Shown here in pieces: positions 1 through 11,939 of a stretch of 64,000 nt of DNA. The notes beneath the pieces were generated by a model. That model was not told where the DNA came from. It did no database searches and saw only the letters and a program-made list of their open reading frames with translations. The position numbers and the translations under genes are program-made. Origin of the DNA: Eledone cirrhosa (taxonomy: Eukaryota); contig OZ024742.1 in NCBI GenBank assembly GCA_964016885.1, positions 291,338,001 through 291,402,000 of the forward strand. Direction: 5' to 3'. How positions within the stretch are numbered: position 1 is the stretch's first letter; each line of letters opens with the position of its first letter.

Positions 1-709
1 TAGAGAACATTAATAGTCAGTAGTTTATCAATATAGAGGTTATATCAATATTACGTGGTTTATGGTAGTAGTTAACTAATGACTGATGCCACAATAAGGA
101 CCTGATTATTAGATTAGACTATGGAAAGAATGTTTCCATTGCTGATACCATCTATCAGTTGCAACTCCTAGCAGAAGAAAGGAGCTGATCATCAAATCAA
201 ACCAAGGAAACAATGTTTCCATTAGTCTTTCCATTGCTGATAATATCTACCTGTTGCAACAAGAAATAATTTTGTTCAAGATCACAATGCCCTGCCTGGT
301 CCAGGAATCAAACTATATGATTCTGAGTCCAACACCTTAACCACTAGGCCACATGCCTTAAAAACTGATACTAATGAGTCACCATAAAGACCAAAGGCTC
401 TTCTGAAGATTTTAATGAAGAGAAAACTTATTGTTTGTTATAAATACTTATCTATATAGATTAACAAAAACTGTTTTAATATGTATATAAATATACACAT
501 TTGTATATAAATATACATTTTGAATATGTAAACATATCATATTTACATGTTTCTCCATAGATTGAAAAAAAAAAAAATGCACAGATTAATTTAAGTTTTT
601 TTTCTTATTGGAATCTCATCAGAGGGTGTCTACATCATTGATCAGCCACAGAGAAATACATAGCTAATGGCTTTCTGCTATCTGCAGCCAAGAATAAAAA
701 AACTAATTA

Positions 710-860
710 CCGTATTTCCCAGTGTCGAGGACGCATTATAATTTTGACAAACAAAAGTAAAAAAAAAAATAATAAACAACCTTTGGCCTCCAGGATGCAT
801 GGTAGATTTTTGAGACTTCTTTTAGGGAAAAAGTAGCGTCTTTGATGCCGAGAAATACTG
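710..860. mobile_element. Tc1/pogo(Tigger)-like MITE
   Basis: ta|ccgtatttcccagtgtcgaggacgc and gcgtctttgatgccgagaaatactg form imperfect terminal inverted repeats; TA on the left flank. Confidence 0.55.
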
Positions 861-1074
861 TTTTGAGACCAATCTAGCTCTGGTTCTATACAAACAAAGC
901 CACCTATTTCAAAGGGTTTCTATTTAAATTGCACCACCACCCCATCCCCAACATAATTTTATAAGAAAACAATCTGTTAAGTACAAAATTTGTATTTTGC
1001 AAACACATTGAATATTATTATTATTTGATATAAAACTCAAGAATGCAATCTGTTAAGTTATGTTTATAAATACT

Positions 1075-1449
1075 ATCATCATCATCATCATCACCGTTTT
1101 ACGTCCGTTCTTCCACGCTAGCATGGGTTAGACGGGTTGTCCTGTTGTGGGCAGTGTCTGGTCGGCTGACCATGCCTTGCTCATACAGGAACTCATTTGG
1201 CTTGATTTCTACAGCTGGATGCCCTTCCTAACACCAACCTCATTTACAGTGAGTGCTGGGTGCTTTTTCGTGGCGCCTACACCTCCACTTTACGGTGTGG
1301 GCTGGGTGCTTTTTTGCCGTGGCACCTCCACGACCACCTTGCGGTGGGGGGTGTGGGGGCATATTGTCTATATGCTTCAGCTTGTACCCATGGGAGGTTG
1401 GGTACTCTGTATTACTGCGTGACGCCAGAGGTCACGGTTGTGTGTCATC
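1075..1449 (-). mobile_element. RTE LINE family B, 3' end
   Basis: Near-identical reverse complement of about 8440-8812, with (GAT)n tail. Confidence 0.9.
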
Positions 1450-1502
1450 GTACATCATATATATATATTTAATTAGAAAGTGAACAACACAAAATATAAC
1501 TA

Positions 1503-1570
1503 CTCCATTACCAAAGGTTTCTGGATCCCAGACAATAATAATATCCGTCTGTATCGGTCGTCAGACAAAG
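1503..1570 (-). ncRNA. type I hammerhead ribozyme-like motif (partly degenerate)
   Basis: Minus strand reads ctttgt-CTGACGA-[gat.cagac...gtctg..atc]-GAAA-cc ttt gg-TA-atggag. Stem I is wobble-rich. Confidence 0.55.
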
Positions 1571-1722
1571 ATGTTATGGATGAAAAATATGAAATGAGAT
1601 TTAAAATCTGTTAAAAATGGGAAGTGAGGCTGGAAAAATAACGGGAAATATATATATAAGAAAAGAAGAGTAAGAAAAATAATATATAAAAATATATAGC
1701 AATATAGAAAAAAACATGTGTG

Positions 1723-1770
<48 letters not shown>

Positions 1771-1991
1771 TATCATCATCCATCATTCATCATTTCATTT
1801 TACGTCCGCTTTTCCCTGCTAGCAAGGGACGGGAACTGATTCTGGATTGATTTCTACAGCTGGATGCCCTTCCTAACACCAACCTCATTTACAGTGAGTG
1901 CTGGGTGCTTTTTTTTTGCCGTGGCACCTCCACGACCACTTTGCAGTGGAATGATAGGGACCCTATGCTCTAACCACTAAGCCATGTGCCT

Positions 1992-2034
<43 letters not shown>

Positions 2035-2082
2035 TATAGATAGGTAAATATACACGGGTGTGTATGATTGTGTATAGAAGAT

Positions 2083-2468
2083 TATATTAATAAGAGGAAT
2101 TCCAACTTTGTCTGATTTACTCGTTTTATTTACAATCCTTTAAAATATATATAATGGTATTATAATGAAATAGTATGATAGAATATTAAATTCTAAGTGT
2201 TAATTGAACAAGTACTTTCATGCTTTCGCAATCTTCAGGTTCATGATATGTGGTGACAGTCGAGTTTGCAATTTTGACAGTTGAAAATTGCAAACTCGAC
2301 TGTCACCACATATCATGAACCTGAAGATTGCGAAAGCATGAAAGTACTTGTTCAATTAACACTTAGAATTTAATATTCTATCATACTATTTCATTATAAT
2401 ACCATTATATATATTTTAAAGGATTGTAAATAAAACGAGTAAATCAGACAAAGTTGGAATTCCTCTTA

Positions 2469-2476
<8 letters not shown>
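2083..2476. repeat. apparently perfect palindrome with 193-bp arms and an 8-nt loop
   Basis: 2083-2275 is the reverse complement of 2284-2476; loop gacagttg. Confidence 0.95.
2316..2354 (+). ncRNA. minimal type I hammerhead ribozyme motif (mirror copy on minus strand at 2205-2243)
   Basis: tgaac-CTGAAGA-t-tgc gaaa gca-t-GAAA-gtac-TT-gttca; stem III is the palindrome AGTACT. Confidence 0.75.
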
Positions 2477-2531
<55 letters not shown>

Positions 2532-3064
2532 TATTATATTTAGAGTTTAAACTCAAACAGCCATTTACAATTAGTTAGCTCAAAGAAAGAAGCATTTCTG
2601 AGCCGCGAAATACAAGTTAATATACATTAATATATGATAAACACCTAAGTGTTTGTATTGTAAAAGACGAAGTTAGCTAGAATGAAATAAACTAATTCAA
2701 ATAAATATAGCTTGCCTGTATCGATTTAAAATAATAAATCAATATACACAAACTCATATTGGCAAATAGCCGTGGTACCTGGACAAATTTAAATTTCAAA
2801 ATTCAAACCTTTTCCGCAGATCAATCTGAACTTCAAAATCCAACAAGTTTCACAAATGATGGTATAAAAAGTGAAATAATCAATTATTTCACTTTTTATG
2901 TGCCACGGCAAAAAAAAGCACCCAGCACTCACTGTAAATGAGGTCGGTGTTAGGAAGGGCATCCAGCTATAGAAATCAAGCCAGAATCAGTTCCCGTCCC
3001 ACCCTTGCAAGCAGGGAAAAGTGGATGTAAAATGAAAAAAATGAAAAATATATATATATAAATA

Positions 3065-4103
3065 TAAAATTAATAAGGTAATGAATTCTTTTACAATGGA
3101 ATCAGCTCGAATGAGGAAAAAAATATATATATCCCATGAGCAGTGTATAAATTAATATGTATGTGATGAAACACAGATACCAACACATCTGTATATTGCG
3201 AAAGAAAAATTTAGCCAGATTGAAGTATACTAATTATTATACTACAGTTTGTTCATATCGATTTAAAATAATAAATCAACGGAGACGAACTGTATTGGCA
3301 AAAGGCCGTGATGTTTAGACACATTTAAATTTCAAAATCAAACCTGTTCCGTAGATAAGTTTAGACTTTAAGATCCAAATATGTTTCGAGTTAAATAAGT
3401 GTAGGAATATCAAGTCCCGCTCTCCTCAGTAAACATCCAGAGACAAATTGATATGCTTCACTTCTAAATAATTTAAAAGACTGCGTGGCGCACATGGCTT
3501 TACAGTATCTAACTAGTCTCATAACCGTACTGCTAGAAATAACAGTCGTGTATATGAGGCGGCTTTGCAGCTCAAACTAGGAGCAGATTAAAATTAATAA
3601 GGTAATGAATTCTTTTACAATGGAATCAGCTCGAATGAGGAAAAAAATATATATATCCCATTAGCAGTGTATAAATTAATATGTATGTGATGAAACACTT
3701 TAAATTATTTAGAAGTGAAGCATATCAATTTGTCTCTGGATGTTTACTGAGGAGAGCGGGACTTGATATTCCTACACTTATTTAACTCGAAACATATTTG
3801 GATCTTAAAGTCTAAACTTATCTACGGAACAGGTTTGATTTTGAAATTTAAATGTGTCTAAACATCACGGCCTTTTGCCAATACAGTTCGTCTCCGTTGA
3901 TTTATTATTTTAAATCGATATGAACAAACTGTAGTATAATAATTAGTATACTTCAATCTGGCTAAATTTTTCTTTCGCAATATACAGATGTGTTGGTATC
4001 TGTGTTTCATCACATACATATTAATTTATACACTGCTCATGGGATATATATATTTTTTTCCTCATTCGAGCTGATTCCATTGTAAAAGAATTCATTACCT
4101 TAT
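3065..4103. repeat. 405-bp inverted repeat plus 110-bp direct repeat (probably Penelope-like)
   Basis: 3073-3477 is the reverse complement of 3699-4103. 3065-3174 is directly repeated at 3589-3698 with one mismatch. Confidence 0.9.
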
Positions 4104-4171
4104 GCTCAGCCGTTAATTTTCATAAGGAAAGTATATACTTTCGAACGTTCAACCATCTGCCAGAAGGGTAT

Positions 4172-4214
4172 ACGGTGCTGATGATAGCTAACAAGCTTGA
4201 AACTAGTACATCGT
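4172..4214 (+). ncRNA. minimal type I hammerhead ribozyme motif
   Basis: acggtg-CTGATGA-t-agc taacaa gct-t-GAAA-ctag-TA-catcgt; palindromic stem III ACTAGT and a GUA cleavage triplet. Confidence 0.8.
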
Positions 4215-4371
4215 TCCTGTGTCAGTGTTGAACAAAAAGGTGACGTGGTTGCCTTAACACCGTACGGCATAAATTCAGGCTGTTCAGTTTGTTTACAAAC
4301 GAACGAAGCGGGCGTTATAATAAGCGTCCGCTAAACTGATACGTACATATATGTATGTGTACCTGTATGTA

Positions 4372-4411
<40 letters not shown>

Positions 4412-4576
4412 TGCTACTGTACGTCTGTATACATATATGTATGTACGTATACATACATACTTACATTTAAGTAAGTGCCGTACTAAGAGAGAGAAATGAA
4501 ATTTCGTTTTCATTTTATTACAACCTATGTGTATATATATATATATATGTGTGTGTATATATATATATATATATGC

Positions 4577-4818
4577 AAGACACTTTATTTCACATTGTTC
4601 CAGTTTACTCAGCTGTAGAAATGAGATGATAGGGACTGGGGTCCCTATCATTCCACTGCAAAGTGGTCGTGGAGGTGCCACGGCAAAAAAAGCACCCAGC
4701 CCTCACTGTAAATGAGGTTGGTGTTAGGAAGGGCATCCAGCTGTAGAAATCAAGCAAAAATCAGTTCCCGTCCCACCCTTGCAGGCAGGGCAAGAGCGGA
4801 CGTAAATTGAAATGATGA
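4577..4818 (+). mobile_element. 5'-truncated tRNA-derived SINE with RTE-derived tail
   Basis: Matches the reverse complement of 27915-28160; the tail contains gttaggaagggcatccagctgtagaaa. Confidence 0.8.
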
Positions 4819-4895
4819 TATATATATATATATATGTGTGTATATATATATATGTGTGTGTATATATATATATATATGTGTGTATATATATATAT

Positions 4896-5303
4896 GAGAG
4901 ATGACCCCTTAGCCTTTGTCAAGGCAGAAATCTAGGAGAAGGAAAACTCTGATATAACACCTGCAACCCTGATGGTATCCAATGATGTTGACATGTTCTT
5001 CTTTGTGGTAAATATCATCTCGGTTAAGAGAGTGGGACTGGCTTTGTGCAGTGCCTTTGCTCACTATAAAAGCTTCACGGCACAGGCATTGCTTTATATC
5101 TGGAGATCTCTCTGCACTTGTCGTCACATGGTACCATGGGCCCAGCACTATGTGTCAATAATTGTCACAAGTGTAGTGTTTGTACCAGAGTTTTCAAGTC
5201 GCTGGCTGGACTAAAAAGTCACACTCGTTCAGCGCACCGGTAGGGGTTCTCCTACATGGATATAAAGTAGTGGCCGTACTCGAAAACGAGTTGGCAGCCT
5301 CCA
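4896..5303 (+). mobile_element. non-autonomous RTE-like derivative with C2H2 remnant, copy 1
   Basis: Shared with about 9180-9512. Carries the ctaggagaaggaaaactctga RTE-5'UTR-like motif and encodes [22 protein letters not shown]; followed by a TA/TGTA microsatellite. Confidence 0.6.
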
Positions 5304-5658
5304 TGTATGTATGTATATATATACATATATATGTATATATATATACATGTGTATGTATGTATATATATATATGTATATATGTATATATATGCATGTATAT
5401 GTATATATATATATGTGTATGTATGTATATATATACATATATATGTATGTATATATATTTATGTATGTATATATATATGTATGTATATATATACATATAT
5501 ATGTATATATATACATATATATGTATATATGTATGTATATACTTATATATGTATGTATATATATATATGTATATGTACATATATATATATACATACATAT
5601 ATATGTATATGTACATATATATATATATACATACATGTATATGTACATATATATATAC

Positions 5659-6575
5659 ATACGAACAGCAATGCTGCATGGCAGTGAGACCTGGGCATTG
5701 TGTGCAGAGGATATACGCAGACTAGAGAGGAACGAAGCTTGCATGCTCCGCTGGATGTGCAATAGTAATATACGTGAACGGCAAAGCATAAACGAACTAA
5801 GGAAAAAATTAGAAATAAGAGGGATCAGATGTTGTTTACTCGAGAGAAGGCTACGTTGGTACGGTCACGTGATGCGCATGAAAGACGACAGCTGTATAAC
5901 AAAGTGCAGGGCAATAAAGATAGACGGTAGCCACGGAGTAGGCAGACCCAGAAAAACATGGGACGAGCTGATAAATTCCGACCTCACACGCTTACACCTC
6001 TCCAAGACAATGTCACTGGATCGAGACCTTTGGCGGTACTCAGTAATAGAGAAGACCCGCCTTCCCTAAATACAAAGTAAAAACCTACTACAGTCAGTAG
6101 GCATCTCTATCAAAACACCCCCCCGTCCCACCACCTCCACCCCATCTACACCGCCCCTTTCAATGTAAAGCTATGTTGGTCCCACAACATCCAGGCCGAA
6201 ACAAATGAGATCGTGTAGGTGTCATGACAAAAAAACACACAGTCCACGCTGTAAATGTGGCCGTGTAGGCAACACGGTAAAAACCTCCCAGCCCCACACT
6301 GTAAATGTGGTTGGTGTTAGGAAGGGCATCCAGCTGTAGAAAACCCGCCAGACAGTCCACGCTGTAATGTGGCCGTGTAGGCAACACGGTAAAAACCTCC
6401 CAGCCCCACACTGTAAATGTGGTTGGTGTTAGGAAGGGCATCCAACTGTAGAAAACCCGCCAGACAGTCCTATGCGAGCAAGACAACCACTCTTGCCTCA
6501 AGTGGGAAAACCCCCGTCCAAACCCATGCAAGCGTGGAACACGGACGCTAAACCTGATGATGATGATGATGATGA
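5659..6575 (+). mobile_element. RTE LINE family A, 5'-truncated
   Basis: Encodes [14 protein letters not shown]...[11 protein letters not shown]...GRPRKTW; 3'UTR has an internal duplication; (GAT)n tail. Confidence 0.93.
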
Positions 6576-6682
6576 TACATATATAAGTATATATACATAT
6601 ATATACATACATATATATGTATATGTACATATATATGTATGTATATATGTATGTATATATATATGTATATATATATATACAT

Positions 6683-8812
6683 ATTGGAGAGAAGTGTATC
6701 CGGAATGATAAAGGTGAGCTTGCCCTCACAAGTGCTGAGAAGAAAGATGCATGGAAGAGTCATTATGATAGATTACTAAATGAGGAGAATGCATGGGAAG
6801 AAGAGACCCTACCCCACGTAGACCCTATAGAGGGACCAGCAGTACAAGTCAGCGGCAGCGTAGTAAGTAAGGCAATCAGAGATATGAAGATAGGGAAGGC
6901 AACCGGTCCATCGGGTATAGCTGCCGAGATGCTGAAGGCATCTGGGTCTGTAGGTCACACTATAACCACACGTATCGTTAACCAGGTAATACTAGAGGGG
7001 GCCATACCAAAAGATTGGTGCAGTAGCATCATTGTCAACTGCTACAAAGGTAAAGGCGATGCACTAGATAGAGGAAACTATAGAGGTATAAAGTTGATGG
7101 ACCAGGTCATGAAAGTAACAGAAAGAGTTATAGCACAGCTGATTAGGGACCGGGTGAATATAGACGAGATGCAATTTGGGTTTGTTCCAGGGAAAGGCAC
7201 CACTGATGCGCTCTTCCTTGTGAGGCAATTACAGGAAAAGTACCTAGCTAAAAGTAAGCCACTCTACTTGGCATTTGTCGACCTTGAGAAAGCCTTTGAC
7301 AGAGTTCCACGTGCAGTAATCTGGTGGGCTCTTAGAAAACTAGGAGTAGATGAATGGCTTGTGAAAGCGGTACAAGCCATGTATAGGGGAGCAGTCAGCA
7401 AAGTTAGGATTGGCAATGAGTATAGCGAGGAATTTAGCGTACAGGTTGGGGTCCACCAGGGCTCTGTTCTTAGCCCTCTCCTGTTCATCATAGTCCTGCA
7501 GGCAATAACGGAGGAGTTTAAGACCGGATGCCCATGGGAACTCCTGTATGCTGATGACCTCGCACTCATAGCTGAATCTATGGTAGAACTAGAGAATAAA
7601 TTCCAAACCTGGAAGCAGGGACTAGAGAGAAAGGGCCTCAAAGTCAACATGACAAAGACTAAGGTCCTTATAAGTAGACGAGAAAACAGAACCCAGATCC
7701 CCTCAGGGAAATGGCCTTGCTCAGTATGTAGGAAAGGTGTAGGTAGGAACTCCATTCTTTGCCCCAAATGCAAACAATGGGTACACAAGAGATGTAGCGG
7801 GATCTCAGGAAGCTTAATTAAGAATGTAGGATTCACATGCAGCAGCTGTGCTGAAACAGCAAGCAAACAGCCACAGGAAACAAGTACCACCAATCTCTGG
7901 GAGGGCCCTGTAGAAACAGTAGACAGCTTCTGCTACCTAGGTGACCGAATTAGCAACGGAGGTGGGTGCTCAGAAAGTACAATAACTAGGGTAAGAACGG
8001 GATGGAAGAAGTTTAGGGAACTACTACCACTGCTAGCTGCAAAAGGCTTCTCCCTCAGAATGAAAGGCAGACTGTATGATGCGTGTATCCGAACAGCGAT
8101 GTTGCATGGTAGTGAGACCTGGGCGCTGAAGGTGGAAGACTTACGTAGATTAGAGAGAAACGAAGCCTGCATGCTCCGATGGATGTGTAACAGTAATATA
8201 CGTGAACGACAAAGCATAAATGAATTGAGAGAGAGACTGAGCATAAGAGGAATCAAATGCTGCGTGCAGGAGAGGCGGTTACGCTGGTATGGACATGTGA
8301 TGCGTATGAAGGATGACAGCTGCATAAAAAGGTGCAGAGCACTAGAAGTTGATGGAAACCGCGGAGTGGGGAGACCCAAGATGACTTGGGATGAGGTGAT
8401 AAAAGCCGACCTTACCCAACTACACCTCTCAAAGTCAATGACACACGACCGTGACTTCTGGCGTCACGCAGTAATACAGGGTACCCGACCTCCCATGGGT
8501 ACATGCTGAAGCATATAAACAATATGCCCCCCCCCCCCCCACCGCAAGGTGGTCGTGGAGGTGCCACGGCAAAAAAGCACCCAGCCCACACTGTAAAGTG
8601 GACGTGTAGGCGCCACGAAAAAGCACCCAGCACTCACTGTAAATGAGGTTGGTGTTAGGAAGGGCATCCAGCTGTAGAAATCAAGCCAGATCAGTTCCTG
8701 TATGAGCAAGGCATGGTCAGCCGACCAGACACTGCCCACAACAGGACAACCCGTCTAACCCATGCTAGCGTGGAAGAACGGACGTAAAACGGTGATGATG
8801 ATGATGATGATG
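6683..8812 (+). mobile_element. RTE LINE family B, 5'-truncated, with open RT frame
   Basis: RT motifs NYRGIKL, QFGF, FVDLEKAFD, GVHQGSVLSPLLF, LLYADD and FCYLG; no endonuclease domain; stop at 8509; (GAT)n tail. Confidence 0.96.
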
Positions 8813-8978
8813 ACATATATATGTATGTATATGTATACATATATATGTATGTATGTATATGCATATATATGTATGTATATATGTATATATATATATATAC
8901 ACATGTATGTATGTATATATATATGTATGTATGTGTGTATGTATATATATATATATATATGTATGTATATATATATAT

Positions 8979-9512
8979 GTCAGGTCACCAGTTGGTGCTG
9001 CTGGTAACATGTATCTCAGTACAACCTGTCTCATGGTCGGGTTGTTGGCGACTAAACTGGCAACCCCACCAAGGTATCTTGGTGAGGAGGGTGACTTTGG
9101 ACATCCTGCAGGACTAAAAACAAAACCTGTCAAGGGGAAAAGTAGCTCTTAAGAATCAATGGCCATCCAAAATCACCGGGAGAGATGACCCCTTAGCCTT
9201 AGTCATGTTCTTCTTTTTGGTAAATATCATCTTGGTTAAGAGAGTGGGACTGGCTTTGTGCAGTGCCTTTGCTCACTATAAAAGATTCACAGCACAGGCA
9301 TTGCTTTATATCTGGAGATCTCTCTGCACTTGTCGTCACATGGTACCATGGGCCCAGCACTATGTGTCAATAATTGTCACAAGTGTAGTGTTTGTACCAG
9401 AGTTTTCAAGTCGCTGGCTGGACTAAAAAGTCACTTGCTCAGTGCATCGGTAGGAGTTCTCCTACATGGATATAAAGTAGTGGCCATACTCGAAAACGAG
9501 TTGGCAGCCACC
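8979..9512 (+). mobile_element. non-autonomous RTE-like derivative with C2H2 remnant, copy 2 (longer 5' end)
   Basis: 3' part matches 4896-5303; encodes [19 protein letters not shown]; flanked by microsatellites. Confidence 0.6.
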
Positions 9513-9539
9513 ATATATGTGTGTATATATATATATATA

Positions 9540-9570
<31 letters not shown>

Positions 9571-9781
9571 GTATATGTGCGTATATGTATATGTGTGTGT
9601 ATGTATATGTATGTGTGTGTATGTATATGTATGTGTGTGTATATATATATGTGTATATAAATATATATATATATATGTGTGTGTATATATATATATATAT
9701 ATGTGTGTATATATATATATGTGTATATATATATATATATATGTGTGTATATATATATATATATGTGTGTATATATATATA

Positions 9782-9814
<33 letters not shown>

Positions 9815-9829
9815 GTGTGTATATATATA

Positions 9830-9862
<33 letters not shown>

Positions 9863-10358
9863 GTGTGTATATATATATATATATATGTGTGTATATATAT
9901 ATATATATGTGTATGTATATGTATGTGTGTGTATATGTGTATATATATGTATATGTGCGTATATGTATGTGTGTGTATGTATATGTATGTGTGTGTATAT
10001 ATATATATATGTGTGTGTGTATATATATATATATGTGTGTATATATATATATATGTGTGTATATATATGTGTGTATATATATATATGTGTATATATATAT
10101 ATATGTGTGTGTCTATATATATGTGTGTGTATATATATATATGTGTGTATATATATATATGTGTGTATATATATATATATATGTGTGTATATATATATAT
10201 ATATATGTGTATATATATGTATATGTATATATGTGTGTGTATGTATATGTATGTGTGTGTGTATATATATATATGTGTGTATATATATATATATGTGTAT
10301 ATATATATATATGTATATATATATGTGTATATATATATGTGTATATATATATATATGT
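9513..10358. repeat. compound (TA)n/(TG)n microsatellite; similar blocks at 5304-5658, 11396-11940, 13085-13583, 17330-17535
   Basis: Seen directly; source of the spurious YI/CV ORFs. Confidence 0.97.
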
Positions 10359-11297
10359 AATCAGCAGTGGGGGAGGGTGCTAATCAGCAGTGGGGGAGGG
10401 TGCTCTGAAAGTACTGTAGCTAGAGTCAGAACTGGTTGGAAAAAGTTCAGAGAGCTTATACCACTATTAGCTGCTAAAGGGTTCTCCCTAAAAATGAAAG
10501 GCAGGTTGTACGACGCCTGCATACGAACAGCAATGTTGCATGGCAGTGAGACCTGGGCATTGTGTGCAGAGGATATACGCAGACTAGAGAGGAACGAAGC
10601 TTGCATGCTCCGCTGGATGTGTAACAGTAATATACGTGAACGGCAAAGCATAAACGAACTAAGGAAAAAATTAGAAATAAGAGGGATCAGATGTTGTTTA
10701 CTCGAGAGAAGGCTGCGTTGGTATGGACACGTGATGCGCATGAAAGTCGATAGCTGTATTACAAAGTGCAGGGCAATAAAGATAGACGGTAGCCACGGAA
10801 TAGGCAGACCTAGAAAAACATGGGATGAGCTGATAAACTCCGACCTCATACACTTACACCTCTCCAAGACAATGTCACTGGACCGTGACCTTTGGCGGTA
10901 CTCAGTAACAGAGAAGACTCGCCTTGCCAGTAGGCATCTCTAACAAACTACACCCCGTCCCGCCACCACCCCCACCCCATCCACACCACCCCGTTCCATG
11001 TAAAGTTATGTTGGTGCCGCGCCATCCAGGCCGAAACAAACGAGATCGTGTAGGTGTCACGACAAAAAAACACACAGTCCACGCTGTAATGTGGCCGTGT
11101 AGGCAACACGGTAAAAACCTCCCAGACCCACACTGTAAATGTGGTTGGTGTTAGGAAGGGCATCCAACTGTAGAAAACCTGCCAGACAGTCCTATGCGAG
11201 CAAGACAATCACTCTTGCCTCAAGTGGGACTACCCCCGTCCAAACCCATGCAAGCGTGGAACACGGACGTTAAACGTTGATGATGATGATGATGATG
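10359..11297 (+). mobile_element. RTE LINE family A, 5'-truncated
   Basis: Encodes [22 protein letters not shown]...YSVTEKTRL; 3'UTR and (GAT)n tail. Confidence 0.93.
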
Positions 11298-11710
11298 TAT
11301 ATATATATGTGTATATATATATGTGTATATATATATATATATATTTATTAAATAACAGATTATAGTTTAAGCAAAGAATCGCTGCTTTCACCCTTATGTG
11401 TGTGTATGTATGTATATATATGTGTGTATGTATGTGTGTATATGTGTGTGTGTATATATATATGTGTGTATATATATATGTGTGTGTGTATATATATATA
11501 TATATATGTGTGTGTATATATATATATATATATGTGTATATATATATATATATATGTGTGTATATATATTTACATATATATATGTGTATATATATATATA
11601 TGTGTGTGTGTATATGTGTATATATATGTATATGTGCGTATATGTATATGTGTGTGTATGTATATGTATGTGTGTGTATATATATATATATATGTGTATA
11701 TATATATATA

Positions 11711-11741
<31 letters not shown>

Positions 11742-11754
11742 GTGTGTATATATA

Positions 11755-11787
<33 letters not shown>

Positions 11788-11862
11788 GTGTGTATATATA
11801 TATATATATATGTGTGTGTATATATATATATATATGTGTGTATATATATATATATATATGTC

Positions 11863-11897
<35 letters not shown>

Positions 11898-11939
11898 ATA
11901 ATGTGTATATATATATATGTATATATGTGTGTATATATA

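Noticed and set aside
5180-5789. Long Tyr/Ile/Cys/Val-rich ORFs here and at 9330-10383, 11396-11954, 13035-13866 and 17212-17527
   Set aside because: They are translations of stop-free (TA)n/(TG)n microsatellites; apparent fusions to RT frames are coincidental.
7264-8379. Antisense ORFs over RTE coding regions (also 55803-57263 and 43256-43912)
   Set aside because: Shadow frames of the LINE ORF with no independent motifs.
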